Source: an uncultured Gammaproteobacteria bacterium
GTDB taxonomy: Bacteria; Patescibacteriota; Patescibacteriia; UBA9934; GWF2-40-263
Assembly: GCA_964399675.1 (NCBI GenBank)
Contig: CAYNRK010000002.1
Coordinates: forward strand, 46,982-110,981
Length of the DNA: 64,000 nucleotides
Direction of reading: 5' to 3'
The translations under genes and the position numbers were made by a program. Under the pieces are notes generated by a model that saw only the letters and a list, made by a program, of their open reading frames with translations, did no database searches and was not told the origin of the DNA. Of the stretch, positions 10,628 to 21,153 are shown piece after piece; the stretch's first letter is position 1, and the number at the start of each line of letters is the position of its first letter.

Positions 10628-10868
10628 TCTCCTCCCCTGCGTCGTTGCGAGCCCCCTTTCGTGAAACGGGGCGAAGCAATCTCCGTAAAGAATTCCCTCG
10701 TGTCCTGCACCTTGTGTCATTCCGAGCGAAGCGAAGCAATCTTCGTAAAGAATTATGGGGGGCAGTCACGTTGTATATAATTTCGGCAGTACTCGCTTTG
10801 CTCCGTGCTGGCGAAATTATATACAACGTACCTGTTGATGGTGGCCTGAGGGTTTGTCGGAGGATTGT
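10628..10868. repeat. ~240-bp composite palindromic repeat (MITE-like), copy 1
   Basis: Near-identical to 35768-36007; core palindrome acgttgtatataatttcggcag...ctggcgaaattatatacaacgt. Confidence 0.85.
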
Positions 10869-10886
10869 GGAAAAGCCATGCTTTTG

Positions 10887-10950
10887 GGGTCAAGTCTAAA
10901 ATCGAAACTTTTAAAATGACTACAGAGTTTAGATTTTAGACTTGACCCCC
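10887..10950. repeat. Inverted repeat GGGGTCAAGTCTAAAATC...GATTTTAGACTTGACCCC
   Basis: 18-bp perfect arms; resembles REP-type hairpins. Confidence 0.65.
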
Positions 10951-11116
10951 GTGTTTTAAATAACTTGTGTCGTAAAATGAGAAGACTAGGGGAGAGATGA
11001 GAGGGGGAAGGAGAGAGGGCTTGTGTTGATTTCAAGGGTACTAGGACACCTGCAAAATCTTACAGAGGCTTACATGGATTCTGGAACTAGTCAGATTTGG
11101 CTTGTAGAAAATTTTG

Positions 11117-11220
11117 GATGACAGTCACGTTGTATAATTTCGGCAGACTCGCTTCGCTCGTGCTGGCGAAATTATACAACGTACCTGTTGTGGAGATACT
11201 GGGGTTCGTCGGAGGATTGT
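11117..11220. repeat. Partial copy of the 240-bp repeat (palindromic core plus tail)
   Basis: acagtcacgttgtataatttcggcag...gcgaaattatacaacgtacctgttgtggagatactggggttcgtcggaggattgtg. Confidence 0.8.
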
Positions 11221-11282
11221 GGGAAAAAGATGGTATGCGTCGTATAAGGTTTATTGTGCGACGCAAGAAATAAAGAAAAAAA

Positions 11283-11495
11283 TTATACAAAAGAGAGGAG
11301 GTTTGTTAGATATACAAGCACTAAAAGAATCGCTCCAATAAAGAAGATAACTACCCCAAGCAATACAAGAGCTTTAATTAGATCATCGTCCCCTGCTGCA
11401 CCCATGATGACGTAAAAACTTATAACCAAGAAAACAACAAGCGGAGTTGCTGTAAGTGCCCATCCAATAACTTTTAGTGCAAGGTCAAGAGTCAT
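11283..11495 (-). CDS. Small 2-TM membrane protein
   Basis: 70 aa with two hydrophobic helices; GGGGA upstream. Confidence 0.55.
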   Translation of the reverse strand: MTLDLALKVIGWALTATPLVVFLVISFYVIMGAAGDDDLIKALVLLGVVIFFIGAILLVLVYLTNLLSFV

Positions 11496-11560
11496 ATTCC
11501 CCTTGCGTCATTGCGAGGAGGCCAAAGGCCGACGTGGCAATCCTCGTTTTGTGACGCGAA

Positions 11561-12793
11561 TTAGTACGAAATTAAATAATCAAGCGGATTCGTTGGAATC
11601 CCGTTTTTTCTTACTTCAAAGTGAAGGTGCGGTCCTGTTGAAAAACCAGTGTTCCCTATTGCACCAATTTGCTCAGACCGTGAAACAAATTGATCAGGCA
11701 CAACATCAGTTCGTGAAAGATGCGCGTATAGCGTTGCTGTGCCATTTGTATGAATAATCATAACATAATTTCCATATAGTCTCCCCTTTCGAGTCCATGC
11801 AACATATCCCGGTGCTGCTGACAGAACAGGTGTTCCTGTTGGCGCCCCAATATCAAGCCCGGAATGTTCAAAAAGGTGTCTAAATGGATATGTTGGGTCA
11901 TGGAACACTGCTGTTATTCTTCTATTTGATGGACTTGTTGGCCATGACAAAACACTACTATCGCCCAGAGCGTCTGTTTCTGAAAGCTTGCCTTCCAAAC
12001 GCTGCTGCAAACCGAAAATCTGTTGGTTAATAAATGTTTGTTCTTGTTCAAGTTCTCGAAGAAGAGATTGAAATTCGATTTCGGATTCTCTTGTTACAAG
12101 AATCAAATGCTCCTTTGCGTCTGATTCCTGGGATAACAAATCTTTCTTTTTCTCAAGCGCTAAAGAAAGGTCTTCTAACTGCCCTCTTTTCGCTTGCTCT
12201 TTTTCTTTTGAACCCTGGACCTTATCTTTGGATGCTTTTAAACCATCAATCGCATCTTTCAGATCTGAACTGATCGTTTCTAAATACTTTAGATCATCAA
12301 AAAGTTGCGCAAGAGACTCTGAGCTAAATAATGCTTTAAGAGGAAAACTGTTGTCCTGAACCTGAATAACACGCAACACATCTGCCACAACTCCTTTTTG
12401 GTATTCGATTTTTTTCTCAAAGGCCCCCAGCTCTTTCTCAAGTGTACGAATCTCAATATTAACAAGATCAATCTCTTCTTCAGCAACCTCAATGCTTAGC
12501 TCTGTTTTAGTCATCCGATTTTCCAAAATACTTATTTCAACAGAAAGTGATTTTGCTTGACCTTGTTTATCCAAAATTTTCTGTTCAAACTTTTGGATTT
12601 GTTTATTGAGCTGATCAATGCCACTTCTTTTTTCTTGAATCTCTTTATTTAAAAGATTGATTTCCTCACTAGCGCCAGAGTCCCCTTCTTGCGCGTTTGC
12701 AATTCCAAAAAATACTTGGCTGGTTGCAAGTAAAACAAGAACAAACAAAGTGACACTCAATCGAATAGACATCATCTTACGATAGTTTTTCAA
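11561..12793 (-). CDS. M23 peptidase with coiled coil (EnvC/MepM-like)
   Basis: Signal/TM, long coiled coil, HSGLD...YAHL...STGPHLHFE; true start may be ~12775. Confidence 0.9.
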   Translation of the reverse strand: MKNYRKMMSIRLSVTLFVLVLLATSQVFFGIANAQEGDSGASEEINLLNKEIQEKRSGIDQLNKQIQKFEQKILDKQGQAKSLSVEISILENRMTKTELSIEVAEEEIDLVNIEIRTLEKELGAFEKKIEYQKGVVADVLRVIQVQDNSFPLKALFSSESLAQLFDDLKYLETISSDLKDAIDGLKASKDKVQGSKEKEQAKRGQLEDLSLALEKKKDLLSQESDAKEHLILVTRESEIEFQSLLRELEQEQTFINQQIFGLQQRLEGKLSETDALGDSSVLSWPTSPSNRRITAVFHDPTYPFRHLFEHSGLDIGAPTGTPVLSAAPGYVAWTRKGRLYGNYVMIIHTNGTATLYAHLSRTDVVPDQFVSRSEQIGAIGNTGFSTGPHLHFEVRKNGIPTNPLDYLISY

Positions 12794-14189
12794 TTGAAGT
12801 TTTAATTCTATTTAACCCCTCTCCCCTACCAAGAACCCAAAGAAGCTCAAACGGGCTTGGGGATTTTTCTTTTCCTGAAAGCGCAACTCGCAAAGGCCAC
12901 AAAACATTTCCATTTTGCAAGTCGTTATCTATAATATACTTCTTTATTGCACTTTCAATCAAATCTGCTGAATCAAAATCTGAATCTTTTAGCCCTTGTA
13001 AAAACGCAGCAATCTTTTCTAATTGAGCTTTTGCATCCTCTTTATCAGCCTTTTTCCAAATTAAAACTGAAGCATCAAAGTCTGGTAAAGAAACATATTG
13101 TTCAATTATTTCTGAAAGTTCTGAAAGTGTATCTAATCTGGTTTTTTCAACTTTAAGAATCTTTTTAAGCATTTCACCATCAACCTTAGATTGTACAAAA
13201 GGCTTTGCCAGTTCAAGTAATTCCTCAATGGTTTTTGATTGCAAATACTGACCATTCATCCATGCAAGTTTTGTTTGATCAAAAACAGCACCGCCTTTAT
13301 TTATTTTTTTAAGATCAAAGGCTTTGATCAGCTCTTCCACTGAATAAACTTCCCTGTCCCCTGTTGGATTAAAACCAAGTAGGGCAACAAAGTTAATAAG
13401 CGCCTCAGAAAGAAAACCTTTTTTAAGATAATCCTCAACAGCAACATCCCCTTGTCGTTTTGAAAGTTTTGATTTGTCCGGATTAAGTATAAGTGGAAGA
13501 TGGGCAAACTTTGGCAAAGGAAATCCAAAAGCATTATAAAGAATCACGTGCTTTGGAACAGATGAAATCCATTCTTCACCTCTTATCACATGCGTAACAT
13601 CCATTAAATGATCGTCCACAACCACGGCCAAATGGTAAGTTGGAAATCCATCTGCTTTTACAAGAACCTGATCATCGATTTCTGAATTCTTAATTGTAAT
13701 GCTTCCGCGAATTTCATCTTCAAATGTTGTTTCACCTTCTGGAACTTTAAGGCGGATTACATGCTCTTCTCCCCTTTCTACCCTTTCTGCCCTCTCTGCC
13801 TTTGACAACTTCAAACACTCGCGATCATATTTTGTTTGAAGTTTTGCAATCTGTTGTTGTTTTCGCAAATCATCAAGTCGTTCTTTAGAACAAAAACAAT
13901 AATACGCACTTTCCTGATCAATAAGTTTTTGCGCATGCTCTTTATAAATATCAAGCCGCTCAGATTGAACAAAAGGACCTTCATCAAAATCCAAACCAAC
14001 TTCCTTCAACGTTTTGATCAACGCGTCTGTTGCACCTTTAACAAGCCGCTCCTTATCTGTGTCTTCGATTCTAAGCAAAAAAGTGCCTTTATGTTTTTTT
14101 GCAAACAAATAATTGTAAAGCGCGGTTCTTAGCGAACCAACATGCAAATACCCGGTTGGTGATGGTGGAAAACGTGTTTTTACATTCAT
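12777..14189 (-). CDS. gltX: Glutamate-tRNA ligase
   Basis: RFPPSPTGYLHVG, LRIEDTD and KLSKR. Confidence 0.97.
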   Translation of the reverse strand: MNVKTRFPPSPTGYLHVGSLRTALYNYLFAKKHKGTFLLRIEDTDKERLVKGATDALIKTLKEVGLDFDEGPFVQSERLDIYKEHAQKLIDQESAYYCFCSKERLDDLRKQQQIAKLQTKYDRECLKLSKAERAERVERGEEHVIRLKVPEGETTFEDEIRGSITIKNSEIDDQVLVKADGFPTYHLAVVVDDHLMDVTHVIRGEEWISSVPKHVILYNAFGFPLPKFAHLPLILNPDKSKLSKRQGDVAVEDYLKKGFLSEALINFVALLGFNPTGDREVYSVEELIKAFDLKKINKGGAVFDQTKLAWMNGQYLQSKTIEELLELAKPFVQSKVDGEMLKKILKVEKTRLDTLSELSEIIEQYVSLPDFDASVLIWKKADKEDAKAQLEKIAAFLQGLKDSDFDSADLIESAIKKYIIDNDLQNGNVLWPLRVALSGKEKSPSPFELLWVLGRGEGLNRIKTSIEKLS

Positions 14190-15025
14190 AATCCTCTGAG
14201 TTGCCTGAATATTTCAGGAATAGTTTTTTTACAAGCTTTTAGGAACCTACGAGACTTAAGTGTACTCCAAACAACCACAATCGGAAAGACAAAAGCTGCG
14301 TTTATTATACGTTTAATTCGCCTTGGTTCAATAAACAACCTCCAAAGCCATTCCATTCCAATTTTACGCAAGAGCTTTGGTGCTCTGTGCTTTTTACCGG
14401 AAATCGATTCAAAAGACCCCCCTACCCCAACCGCGATCTTTACTGTTTTAAGATGTGGAAGAACAGCCTGAATAAATTGCTCCTGCTTTCCATGACCCAA
14501 TGCCACCAGCAAAACATCCGGTTTTATTTGTTGCACTATTTTTACATGTACATTATTTTCGTATATGAGAATTTTATGTCCGTTTTTTATCACCTCAACT
14601 TTTCCAGGATCAACTGCACTCACATCAAGATTTAAATAACGTTCTTTTAATTTTTCTGCTGCGTTTTTTGCACTCTCACTTTCTCCTCCAAAAAGTACTA
14701 AGTGTTTTTTCAAATCTCGACAAACCATTGCCAAATCATCAACAAGATCAACACCTGTGTGACGGTACGTAAGTGTTGCATTAGTTAGAGCAGAAATAGC
14801 AAACCGTAACCCAACTCCATCTGCTATTAATAAATCACTTTTGTTGAGTGTTTTTTTGAACTCATGATTTTTTTGTGCTTCCAAAATCATCTCAGGGTTT
14901 GGTGTTGCAATTACCTTTTGTTCATCATGATCTAACCAAAAAGAAATCATTCTAACGACTTCTTTATGACTAATATCATGAATTTTGATTCCAAATATTT
15001 CATGATGTTCTGTGCGATTTTCCAT
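14186..15025 (-). CDS. WecB/TagA/CpsF glycosyltransferase
   Basis: TPNPE, ADGVG, ALGHGKQE, GVGGSF and EWLWRL..EPRR. Confidence 0.92.
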   Translation of the reverse strand: MENRTEHHEIFGIKIHDISHKEVVRMISFWLDHDEQKVIATPNPEMILEAQKNHEFKKTLNKSDLLIADGVGLRFAISALTNATLTYRHTGVDLVDDLAMVCRDLKKHLVLFGGESESAKNAAEKLKERYLNLDVSAVDPGKVEVIKNGHKILIYENNVHVKIVQQIKPDVLLVALGHGKQEQFIQAVLPHLKTVKIAVGVGGSFESISGKKHRAPKLLRKIGMEWLWRLFIEPRRIKRIINAAFVFPIVVVWSTLKSRRFLKACKKTIPEIFRQLRGL

Positions 15026-15053
15026 ATCAATGTTATCATATCATAAAGAATCT

Positions 15054-15209
15054 ATGAGTGATAAAAAACAAAAAATCGGTGAAATATACCTTAAAGGAAC
15101 TGAAAAAGTTCTTGAGTTAAAAAGAAAGCAACTTTCTATTATAGAAAAGGTTGCGCGCAAACGTGACAGTCGATTAATTGACGCGCTTAAAAAGAAGTTT
15201 GGATTATGA
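15054..15209 (+). CDS. Small basic hypothetical protein
   Basis: MSDKKQKIGE...; ATGA overlap with the next gene. Confidence 0.45.
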   Translation: MSDKKQKIGEIYLKGTEKVLELKRKQLSIIEKVARKRDSRLIDALKKKFGL

Positions 15210-16504
15210 GTGAAGAACAACCCATTGTGCAACCAATTGAAAGCACGCCATCTGAACCAGTTGTTGAGGCTGTTGAAAAAGTTGAACAACCAGATCGTTC
15301 AACAACGGTTCCAGAGCTTCCTGCTTTTACTTTTGTTGAAGATGCTTCTTTTGCTTTAGTGGAAGATGCTAATCTGAAAGTACAGGTGGAGCAATCCGCC
15401 GCATCAGGAGAATCAATACTTAAACTTGTTGAACTTGATGATGATTTAGAAGCGGAAGCCAGAGCTGAACTGGCTGAAAATACACAAGCAATGGAAGCAA
15501 CACAGGCTGAAACGCAGGCAGACGCAGCAAAAGAGCTTGGTGCTGAAGGTACGGATATTAACACCGGTCTTCGAGCCGATGGCGTGTACGATATTGAGCA
15601 TCCTAATACACCAAAGGAAATTAAGGAACAGGCATTTGAACACGGAATAAAACTAATGCGCGAAGCACTTAATGACATTGATGGATATTCAGTATTTGCA
15701 AGCACTGCAATGTATCTACAAGGCAGACGAGCAGGAATTGATGAGTTTCAGGTTTTGCCTGGAGATTTTGATGCTGTGGCACATTCACTTCAAGATCTAA
15801 GGCGCATCCAGGAACGAATGAATAATGTTCCAGGGTTTCAAGAAACAAAATCAGAACTTGTATTGGCCGGGGACGCAGAAGCGTTCAATGGCGAGATAAT
15901 AATGCAAGTCGAAACAAAAGACGGTCCGGTTAAAGCAAATTATCCTCTTGAATTTTTCTTTGGTTCTTTCATTGTTGATAAGGATGTTTTTAAACACACT
16001 GAAAAGGCTGCTGGTTTAAATGTTTTGTCAATGGAAGGGCTGCAGAGCCAATATGCAAACAACCTTGAATTTGAAAAACGAGTTGGAAAAGGCGTTCAAG
16101 ATGTGGCTCGTTTTCTTTTACAAGACGGTGGAACAAATCCAGACGGAGAACAAATTCCAGAGGTTGCAAGTCTTATGAAAGAACAACTTTCTCAAGAAAA
16201 TATTACAAGCCCACTTGCTGTTGAGATCATGAAACGCTTTGGCCTGACAAAAGAGAAGCTGGCCCATTTCTACAAAATAGTTGATGAAGTAGGGGGAGAT
16301 GAGGAGGGATCAGTCGCTGTTCTTGAAGAACAAATTGGTGAAATCTCAAAAACTCTTTCAGGTTTTAAAACAAAGATTCCAAAGCGAGCTAAAAATCTTC
16401 GGGAAATTAGAGAGGCAAGTAAACTAGAAATACCAGAAAAATCCAGCACTAAAGCAGCTCAGAACATTGATGATGCAGACGATGGAATGCCAATTGCTGC
16501 ATAA
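15206..16504 (+). CDS. Acidic hypothetical protein
   Basis: 432-aa ORF, E/A-rich, host-like codon usage; no family recognised. Confidence 0.75.
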   Translation: MSEEQPIVQPIESTPSEPVVEAVEKVEQPDRSTTVPELPAFTFVEDASFALVEDANLKVQVEQSAASGESILKLVELDDDLEAEARAELAENTQAMEATQAETQADAAKELGAEGTDINTGLRADGVYDIEHPNTPKEIKEQAFEHGIKLMREALNDIDGYSVFASTAMYLQGRRAGIDEFQVLPGDFDAVAHSLQDLRRIQERMNNVPGFQETKSELVLAGDAEAFNGEIIMQVETKDGPVKANYPLEFFFGSFIVDKDVFKHTEKAAGLNVLSMEGLQSQYANNLEFEKRVGKGVQDVARFLLQDGGTNPDGEQIPEVASLMKEQLSQENITSPLAVEIMKRFGLTKEKLAHFYKIVDEVGGDEEGSVAVLEEQIGEISKTLSGFKTKIPKRAKNLREIREASKLEIPEKSSTKAAQNIDDADDGMPIAA

Positions 16505-16534
16505 CATTGACCCCGCCTCTTGCGAGAGGCGGGA

Positions 16535-16575
16535 TTGACAATCATGAATTAGCACTCTATACTTTAGAGTGCTAA
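16535..16575 (+). promoter_or_regulatory. Sigma70 promoter with HrcA operator (CIRCE) upstream of clpB
   Basis: TTGACA(16535)-17-TATACT(16558); TTAGCACTC-N9-GAGTGCTAA at 16549-16575 matches the consensus exactly. Confidence 0.95.
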
Positions 16576-16582
16576 TTTTAAT

Positions 16583-16632
16583 TCGAGATCCCTCGGCTTC
16601 GGCCCGTCGGACGGGCCTTCGCTCGGGATGAC
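16583..16632. repeat. REP-like palindromic repeat in the clpB leader
   Basis: Reverse complement of 2278-2326. Confidence 0.85.
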
Positions 16633-16642
16633 AAAAGCAGTT

Positions 16643-19303
16643 ATGATTCCAAACAATTTCACACATAAATCTCAGGAAGCATTACAGCTTGCAAACAACA
16701 TTGCGCTTGATAACGGCCAACAAGCGCTTGAACCAATCCATTTACTTGCTTCCCTTTTACAACAAGACGAAGGAGTTGTAATCGCGATTATTGAAAAAAT
16801 TGCGTCAAAACATTCAGAACTTAGAAGCGAGATAGATCGAATTTTAACTGAGCTGCCAAACATGCAGGTTCCTGCTGGTGGAGGTGGTCTGGGTCAGGTT
16901 TATTTGAGTCAGCAAATGGCAACCGTACTTGCCAATGCTCACAAAAAATCAAAACAGTTTAAAGACGATTACATCTCCACAGAACACTTGTTGCTCGGAC
17001 TTTTATCAAACAAACCAATTGCAAAACTGTTAGGCTCTTTTGGAATTGAAGAAGAGGCTGTGCTAATAGCGCTCAAAGACATTCGTGGCAACCAACGCGT
17101 TGACTCGCCAGAACCTGAGGCACGTTATCAAGCACTTGAAAAATACGGCTTTGATTTAACTGAAATGGCAAACAAAGGCGAGCTGGATCCGATCATTGGG
17201 CGCGATTCTGAAATACGTCGAGTTATGCAAGTTTTGTCGCGTCGTACAAAAAACAATCCTGTGCTTATTGGTGAGGCTGGTGTTGGAAAAACAGCTATTG
17301 TAGAAGGTCTGGCTCAACGCATTGTTGATGGAGACGTTCCTGAAATGTTGCAAAACAAAACTTTGGTTGGACTGGATATTGGATCAATGGTTGCTGGAAC
17401 AAAATATCGCGGTGAGTTTGAAGATCGTCTCAAAGCTGTAATTAAAGAAATTGAAGAAAGTAATGGTGACATTATTTTGTTTATTGATGAGCTTCACACA
17501 CTGGTTGGAACAGGAACAACTGAAGGTGGTTCATTAGACGCAGCTAATTTACTAAAACCGGCTTTAGCGCGCGGAAAGCTTCGGGCAATTGGAGCAACAA
17601 CTCTCAAAGAATATCAAAAATATATTGAAAAAGATCCAGCGCTTGAACGACGCTTCCAGCCTGTAATGGTTGAGGAGCCAAGTGTTGACGATACAATTGC
17701 AATTTTGCGCGGCATTAAAGAAAAGTACGAAGTTCATCATGGAGTAAGAATCTCTGATCCTGGAATTGTTTCAGCAGCCCAACTTTCACATCGATATATT
17801 ACTGATCGAAATCTACCTGACAAGGCAGTTGATTTGATTGATGAGGCTGGATCAGCGCTTCGTATGCAAATTGACTCAATGCCGGAAGAGCTGGATTTAC
17901 TAAAGCGTGATGTTATGAGATTGGAAATTGAAGAAAAAGCGCTTGCAAAAGAAGAGGATAAAGATTCAAAAGAAAGACTCAAAGAAATTGAAAAGCAGGT
18001 TGCTGACCTTAAAGAGCAACGTGATGCAATCGAAGGTAAATGGAAAAATGAAAAAGAAAAAATCACAATAATTCGTGAAATCAAAAGTGAGGTTGAGAAA
18101 CTTCGCGCCAATGCTGAAATAGAAGAAAGACGCGGTGATCTTGAAAAGGTGGCAGAGATTCGTTATTCAACTATTCCAAAAAAAGAAGAGAAGTTAAAAT
18201 CCGCTGAAAAAGATTTGGTTGATTTACAAAAAGAACGAGGATTGCTTAAGGAAGTTGTTGGTGAAGAAGATGTTGCAACAGTTGTTTCTCGTTGGACTAA
18301 TATTCCGGTTTCAAAAATGCTTGAGTCTGAAATGGAAAAACTAGCTCGAATGGAAGAGGTGCTTAGTAAACGCGTTGTTGGTCAGGAAGAAGCAATTGTT
18401 GCTGTCTCAAATGCACTGCGACGTTCTCGAGCTGGAATTGGTGAGGAGAATCGTCCGATTGGATCTTTTATTTTCTTAGGACCAACCGGAGTTGGAAAAA
18501 CAGAACTTGCACGCGCACTTGCTGAGTTTATGTTTGATGAAGAGTCTGCGTTGGTTCGATTGGATATGTCTGAGTACATGGAAAAGCACACGGTTTCAAA
18601 AATCATTGGTTCCCCACCAGGATATGTTGGATATGATGAAGGTGGTCAGCTTACTGAAATTGTTCGAAGAAAACCTTACTCAGTACTTTTGTTTGACGAG
18701 ATTGAAAAGGCTCATCCGGATACATTTAACATTCTCCTTCAGATTCTTGATGATGGACATCTTACTGATGCTAAGGGTCGGAAAGTAAATTTCAAAAACA
18801 CGATTATTATCATGACCAGCAACATTGGATCTGATGTTATTTTGAGCTCTGGTCAGAAATTGTCATCAATGGGTTTTGCAGACAACGAAGGAGTGTCAGA
18901 GGATGATGAGATAAGAGAACAAATTATGGAGCGGATGAAGGACCACTTCCGTCCTGAGTTTTTAAATAGAGTTGACGATACAATCGTGTTCCACTCGCTT
19001 CAGAAATCAGATATAGAAAAGATTGTTGAGTTGCAACTTGCCATAATTTCTAATCGTTTAAAATCAATACGTGGAATTGTTTTGGATGTAAAAGACAAGG
19101 CAAAGAAACTTCTTGCTGAAAAAGGATATGATCCAGATTATGGAGCGCGTCCGTTAAAGCGAGTTATACAATCTGAAATTCTGGATCCGCTTTCAATGAA
19201 AATCGTCTCTGGTGAAGTGACTGAGGGGCAAAAGATTCCAATAACTGCTGATAATGAGTCGGTTCTCATTGGGAAACGTAAAAAGGAAAAAGTGGCAGCA
19301 TAA
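16643..19303 (+). CDS. clpB: ATP-dependent chaperone ClpB
   Basis: Two AAA modules ([16 protein letters not shown]), long middle coiled coil, CIRCE upstream. Confidence 0.96.
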   Translation: MIPNNFTHKSQEALQLANNIALDNGQQALEPIHLLASLLQQDEGVVIAIIEKIASKHSELRSEIDRILTELPNMQVPAGGGGLGQVYLSQQMATVLANAHKKSKQFKDDYISTEHLLLGLLSNKPIAKLLGSFGIEEEAVLIALKDIRGNQRVDSPEPEARYQALEKYGFDLTEMANKGELDPIIGRDSEIRRVMQVLSRRTKNNPVLIGEAGVGKTAIVEGLAQRIVDGDVPEMLQNKTLVGLDIGSMVAGTKYRGEFEDRLKAVIKEIEESNGDIILFIDELHTLVGTGTTEGGSLDAANLLKPALARGKLRAIGATTLKEYQKYIEKDPALERRFQPVMVEEPSVDDTIAILRGIKEKYEVHHGVRISDPGIVSAAQLSHRYITDRNLPDKAVDLIDEAGSALRMQIDSMPEELDLLKRDVMRLEIEEKALAKEEDKDSKERLKEIEKQVADLKEQRDAIEGKWKNEKEKITIIREIKSEVEKLRANAEIEERRGDLEKVAEIRYSTIPKKEEKLKSAEKDLVDLQKERGLLKEVVGEEDVATVVSRWTNIPVSKMLESEMEKLARMEEVLSKRVVGQEEAIVAVSNALRRSRAGIGEENRPIGSFIFLGPTGVGKTELARALAEFMFDEESALVRLDMSEYMEKHTVSKIIGSPPGYVGYDEGGQLTEIVRRKPYSVLLFDEIEKAHPDTFNILLQILDDGHLTDAKGRKVNFKNTIIIMTSNIGSDVILSSGQKLSSMGFADNEGVSEDDEIREQIMERMKDHFRPEFLNRVDDTIVFHSLQKSDIEKIVELQLAIISNRLKSIRGIVLDVKDKAKKLLAEKGYDPDYGARPLKRVIQSEILDPLSMKIVSGEVTEGQKIPITADNESVLIGKRKKEKVAA

Positions 19304-19331
19304 TCAAAAAAAGCAGGTAAAATTAGCCTGC

Positions 19332-19366
19332 TTGCCCGCCGTAGCTTTAGCGAAGGCGGGTTTTTT
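19332..19366 (+). terminator. Intrinsic terminator formed by a palindromic repeat
   Basis: cccgccgtagctttagcgaaggcggg followed by tttttt. Confidence 0.65.
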
Positions 19367-19388
19367 GTTGGAAAATTACTTATTATAG

Positions 19389-19418
19389 TTGACAAAAGCA
19401 CTAAAATGTGGTATAAAT
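19389..19418 (+). promoter_or_regulatory. Sigma70 promoter for the high-GC gene array
   Basis: TTGACA-17-TATAAA with extended TG, exactly at the low-to-high GC switch. Confidence 0.75.
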
Positions 19419-19543
19419 TGGCGTCTGTTTGCGAGTTCAGTTCTCAACTTTGGTGTTGAAAACGGGCTCTTAACAGGAGTTCGTTAACATCATCATCACA
19501 ACCCATCCGCACCAAAATGCGGATACATAGAAGAGGAGTCAAG

Positions 19544-20212
19544 ATGCACAGGACCTACGCGCTCCTGGCCATCAGCCTGATGGTCACCGGATGCTTCCGC
19601 CCGGATCTCCGGCCGGATGTCCGACCGACCCCGCCACCGACCGCACCGGTCGCGGACACCACCACGCCCGAGCCCACCGCATCCAACCCCGGCGAGAAGC
19701 CCTGCATCACCGGGCTCATCATCCTGGCCGATGACGGTCGCATGGAGCTCGAGGGCTGTCCCAAGGAGTGGGAGGTCTTCAGTCCGTTCAAGAAGGGCAA
19801 CACCGATACCGAAGACTCGGACGTCTCGGTAGGACGTTCGATCTACAAGATCCCCAACCCGAGCAAGTCCGAACTGTTCAACGGACCCGACATGCAGGGG
19901 ATCTACTACTTCCCTGGGGAGGATGCCAACGAGCGATACATCGAAGTCGATCAAGAAGACCAGCTCTGGTACCACGCAAAGGTGGACGGAGAATGGACAC
20001 AGAAGGAGCTCTTCAGCGCTCTGAAGGTGAATCGCTGGGTGAGTGAAAAGCGCAAGCTCACCCCGTTCCTGACACCCGGCATCATGGGACCGCCCGTGGT
20101 CCCGAGGGAGCAAGCCTGCGGCCAGATCTTGTGCGGAGACGCATGGCACATGCTACACCCGCTCAAGCAGACGCGGCTACTGCTCCACCTCCCGTCCAAG
20201 GGCAAGTCGTAG
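19544..20212 (+). CDS. Putative lipoprotein, paralog family A (high GC)
   Basis: AGGAG SD; LMVTGC lipobox; Pro-rich linker; CITGLIILADDGRMELEGCP. Confidence 0.75.
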   Translation: MHRTYALLAISLMVTGCFRPDLRPDVRPTPPPTAPVADTTTPEPTASNPGEKPCITGLIILADDGRMELEGCPKEWEVFSPFKKGNTDTEDSDVSVGRSIYKIPNPSKSELFNGPDMQGIYYFPGEDANERYIEVDQEDQLWYHAKVDGEWTQKELFSALKVNRWVSEKRKLTPFLTPGIMGPPVVPREQACGQILCGDAWHMLHPLKQTRLLLHLPSKGKS

Positions 20213-20244
20213 GGTTGTGATGATGCGCCGCTGACAAGGCGGCT

Positions 20245-20327
20245 CTCTCACTCAGGGCGTTGGTCTTCACCGACCTTCGCCCTACCCTTTCTTGTGTACA
20301 TCAGATTCTGGTGTTTACAAGAAAGCG
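20245..20327 (+). repeat. Structured intergenic repeat, copy 1
   Basis: CTCACTCAGGGCG..CGCCC hairpin plus TTTCTTGTG.ACA..TGT.TACAAGAAAG hairpin. Confidence 0.85.
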
Positions 20328-20392
20328 TTCTCAACCGAGTTCGCTAAGTATCGTAACGTCTGCGTTGGAACGTGGGCATGCTCAGGAGTTAG

Positions 20393-20998
20393 ATGCAGAG
20401 AATCTGTACGATCCTGGTCGCCATCTTGGTGGCCTCGGCGTGTGCAAGCACGCCAGTCAAGCCGTCGCAATCCACGTGCTACACAGGCATGTACATCGTA
20501 GGCGAAGACGGCCGTATCGAGATGCAGGGCTGTCCGCGTGTGAACAAGGTCGTCATGGCTTTCGGAGAAAGAAAGCCGGCCGGCATGACGCGTGATGCAA
20601 CATGGGTGCGTCGTCTGTCTCCGAACTCTACGCCGAGCCACATGCTCGAAGGTCCGGATTCGCAGGGACGATACTTCTACAAGATGACCGAGGGTGAGCT
20701 TCCCCCGAAGTACCTCTCGCTCATCAACGGAGTTCCGCACCTTCACATTCTACGCGAAGGAAGTTCCGCATACAGAGTGGAGAAGTTGCATCCAGCCTAC
20801 ACGGTTCGCGAATGGGTCACGAAGCCAGGAGCTTCCAAGCTACTCGCAGAAGGAACCAAGGAGCCCCTTACCATGCTGATCGACCTCCAAGGTCAGATCA
20901 TCAGCGGTCGCCCGTTCCATGTGCTCAGCAAGGCCAATCAGAAAGAGCGTCTGATCGATCTCTCGCAGATGCCGACTGACAAGCCTTCCGGGTCGTGA
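20393..20998 (+). CDS. Putative lipoprotein, paralog family A (high GC)
   Basis: AGGAG SD; LVASAC lipobox-like; CYTGMYIVGEDGRIEMQGCP. Confidence 0.75.
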   Translation: MQRICTILVAILVASACASTPVKPSQSTCYTGMYIVGEDGRIEMQGCPRVNKVVMAFGERKPAGMTRDATWVRRLSPNSTPSHMLEGPDSQGRYFYKMTEGELPPKYLSLINGVPHLHILREGSSAYRVEKLHPAYTVREWVTKPGASKLLAEGTKEPLTMLIDLQGQIISGRPFHVLSKANQKERLIDLSQMPTDKPSGS

Positions 20999-21021
20999 AG
21001 ACAGGCCGCTGAAAGGCGGCA

Positions 21022-21101
21022 CTCTCACTCAGGGCGTGGTCCCAAAACCCACGCCCCGTTTCCTTGTGAACATGAGTAAATCTCGTGTATACAAGAAAGC
21101 G
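21022..21101 (+). repeat. Structured intergenic repeat, copy 2
   Basis: First ~55 nt identical to copy 3. Confidence 0.85.
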
Positions 21102-21153
21102 TTCTCAACCGAGTTCGCTAGAAATGACCACAGGGCTCAAGGAGGGTCAGAAC

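Noticed and set aside
10492-11290. Short ORFs overlapping the 240-bp repeat (also 35761-36066)
   Set aside because: They are translations of repeat DNA, near-identical at both copies, with no protein features.
11342-11354. Self-target for guide unit 14 (gaagataactac)
   Set aside because: Only 12 of 18 nt match contiguously; with 21 guides over 64 kb this can arise by chance. The same applies to the 10-mer tgaagagcag at 40681.
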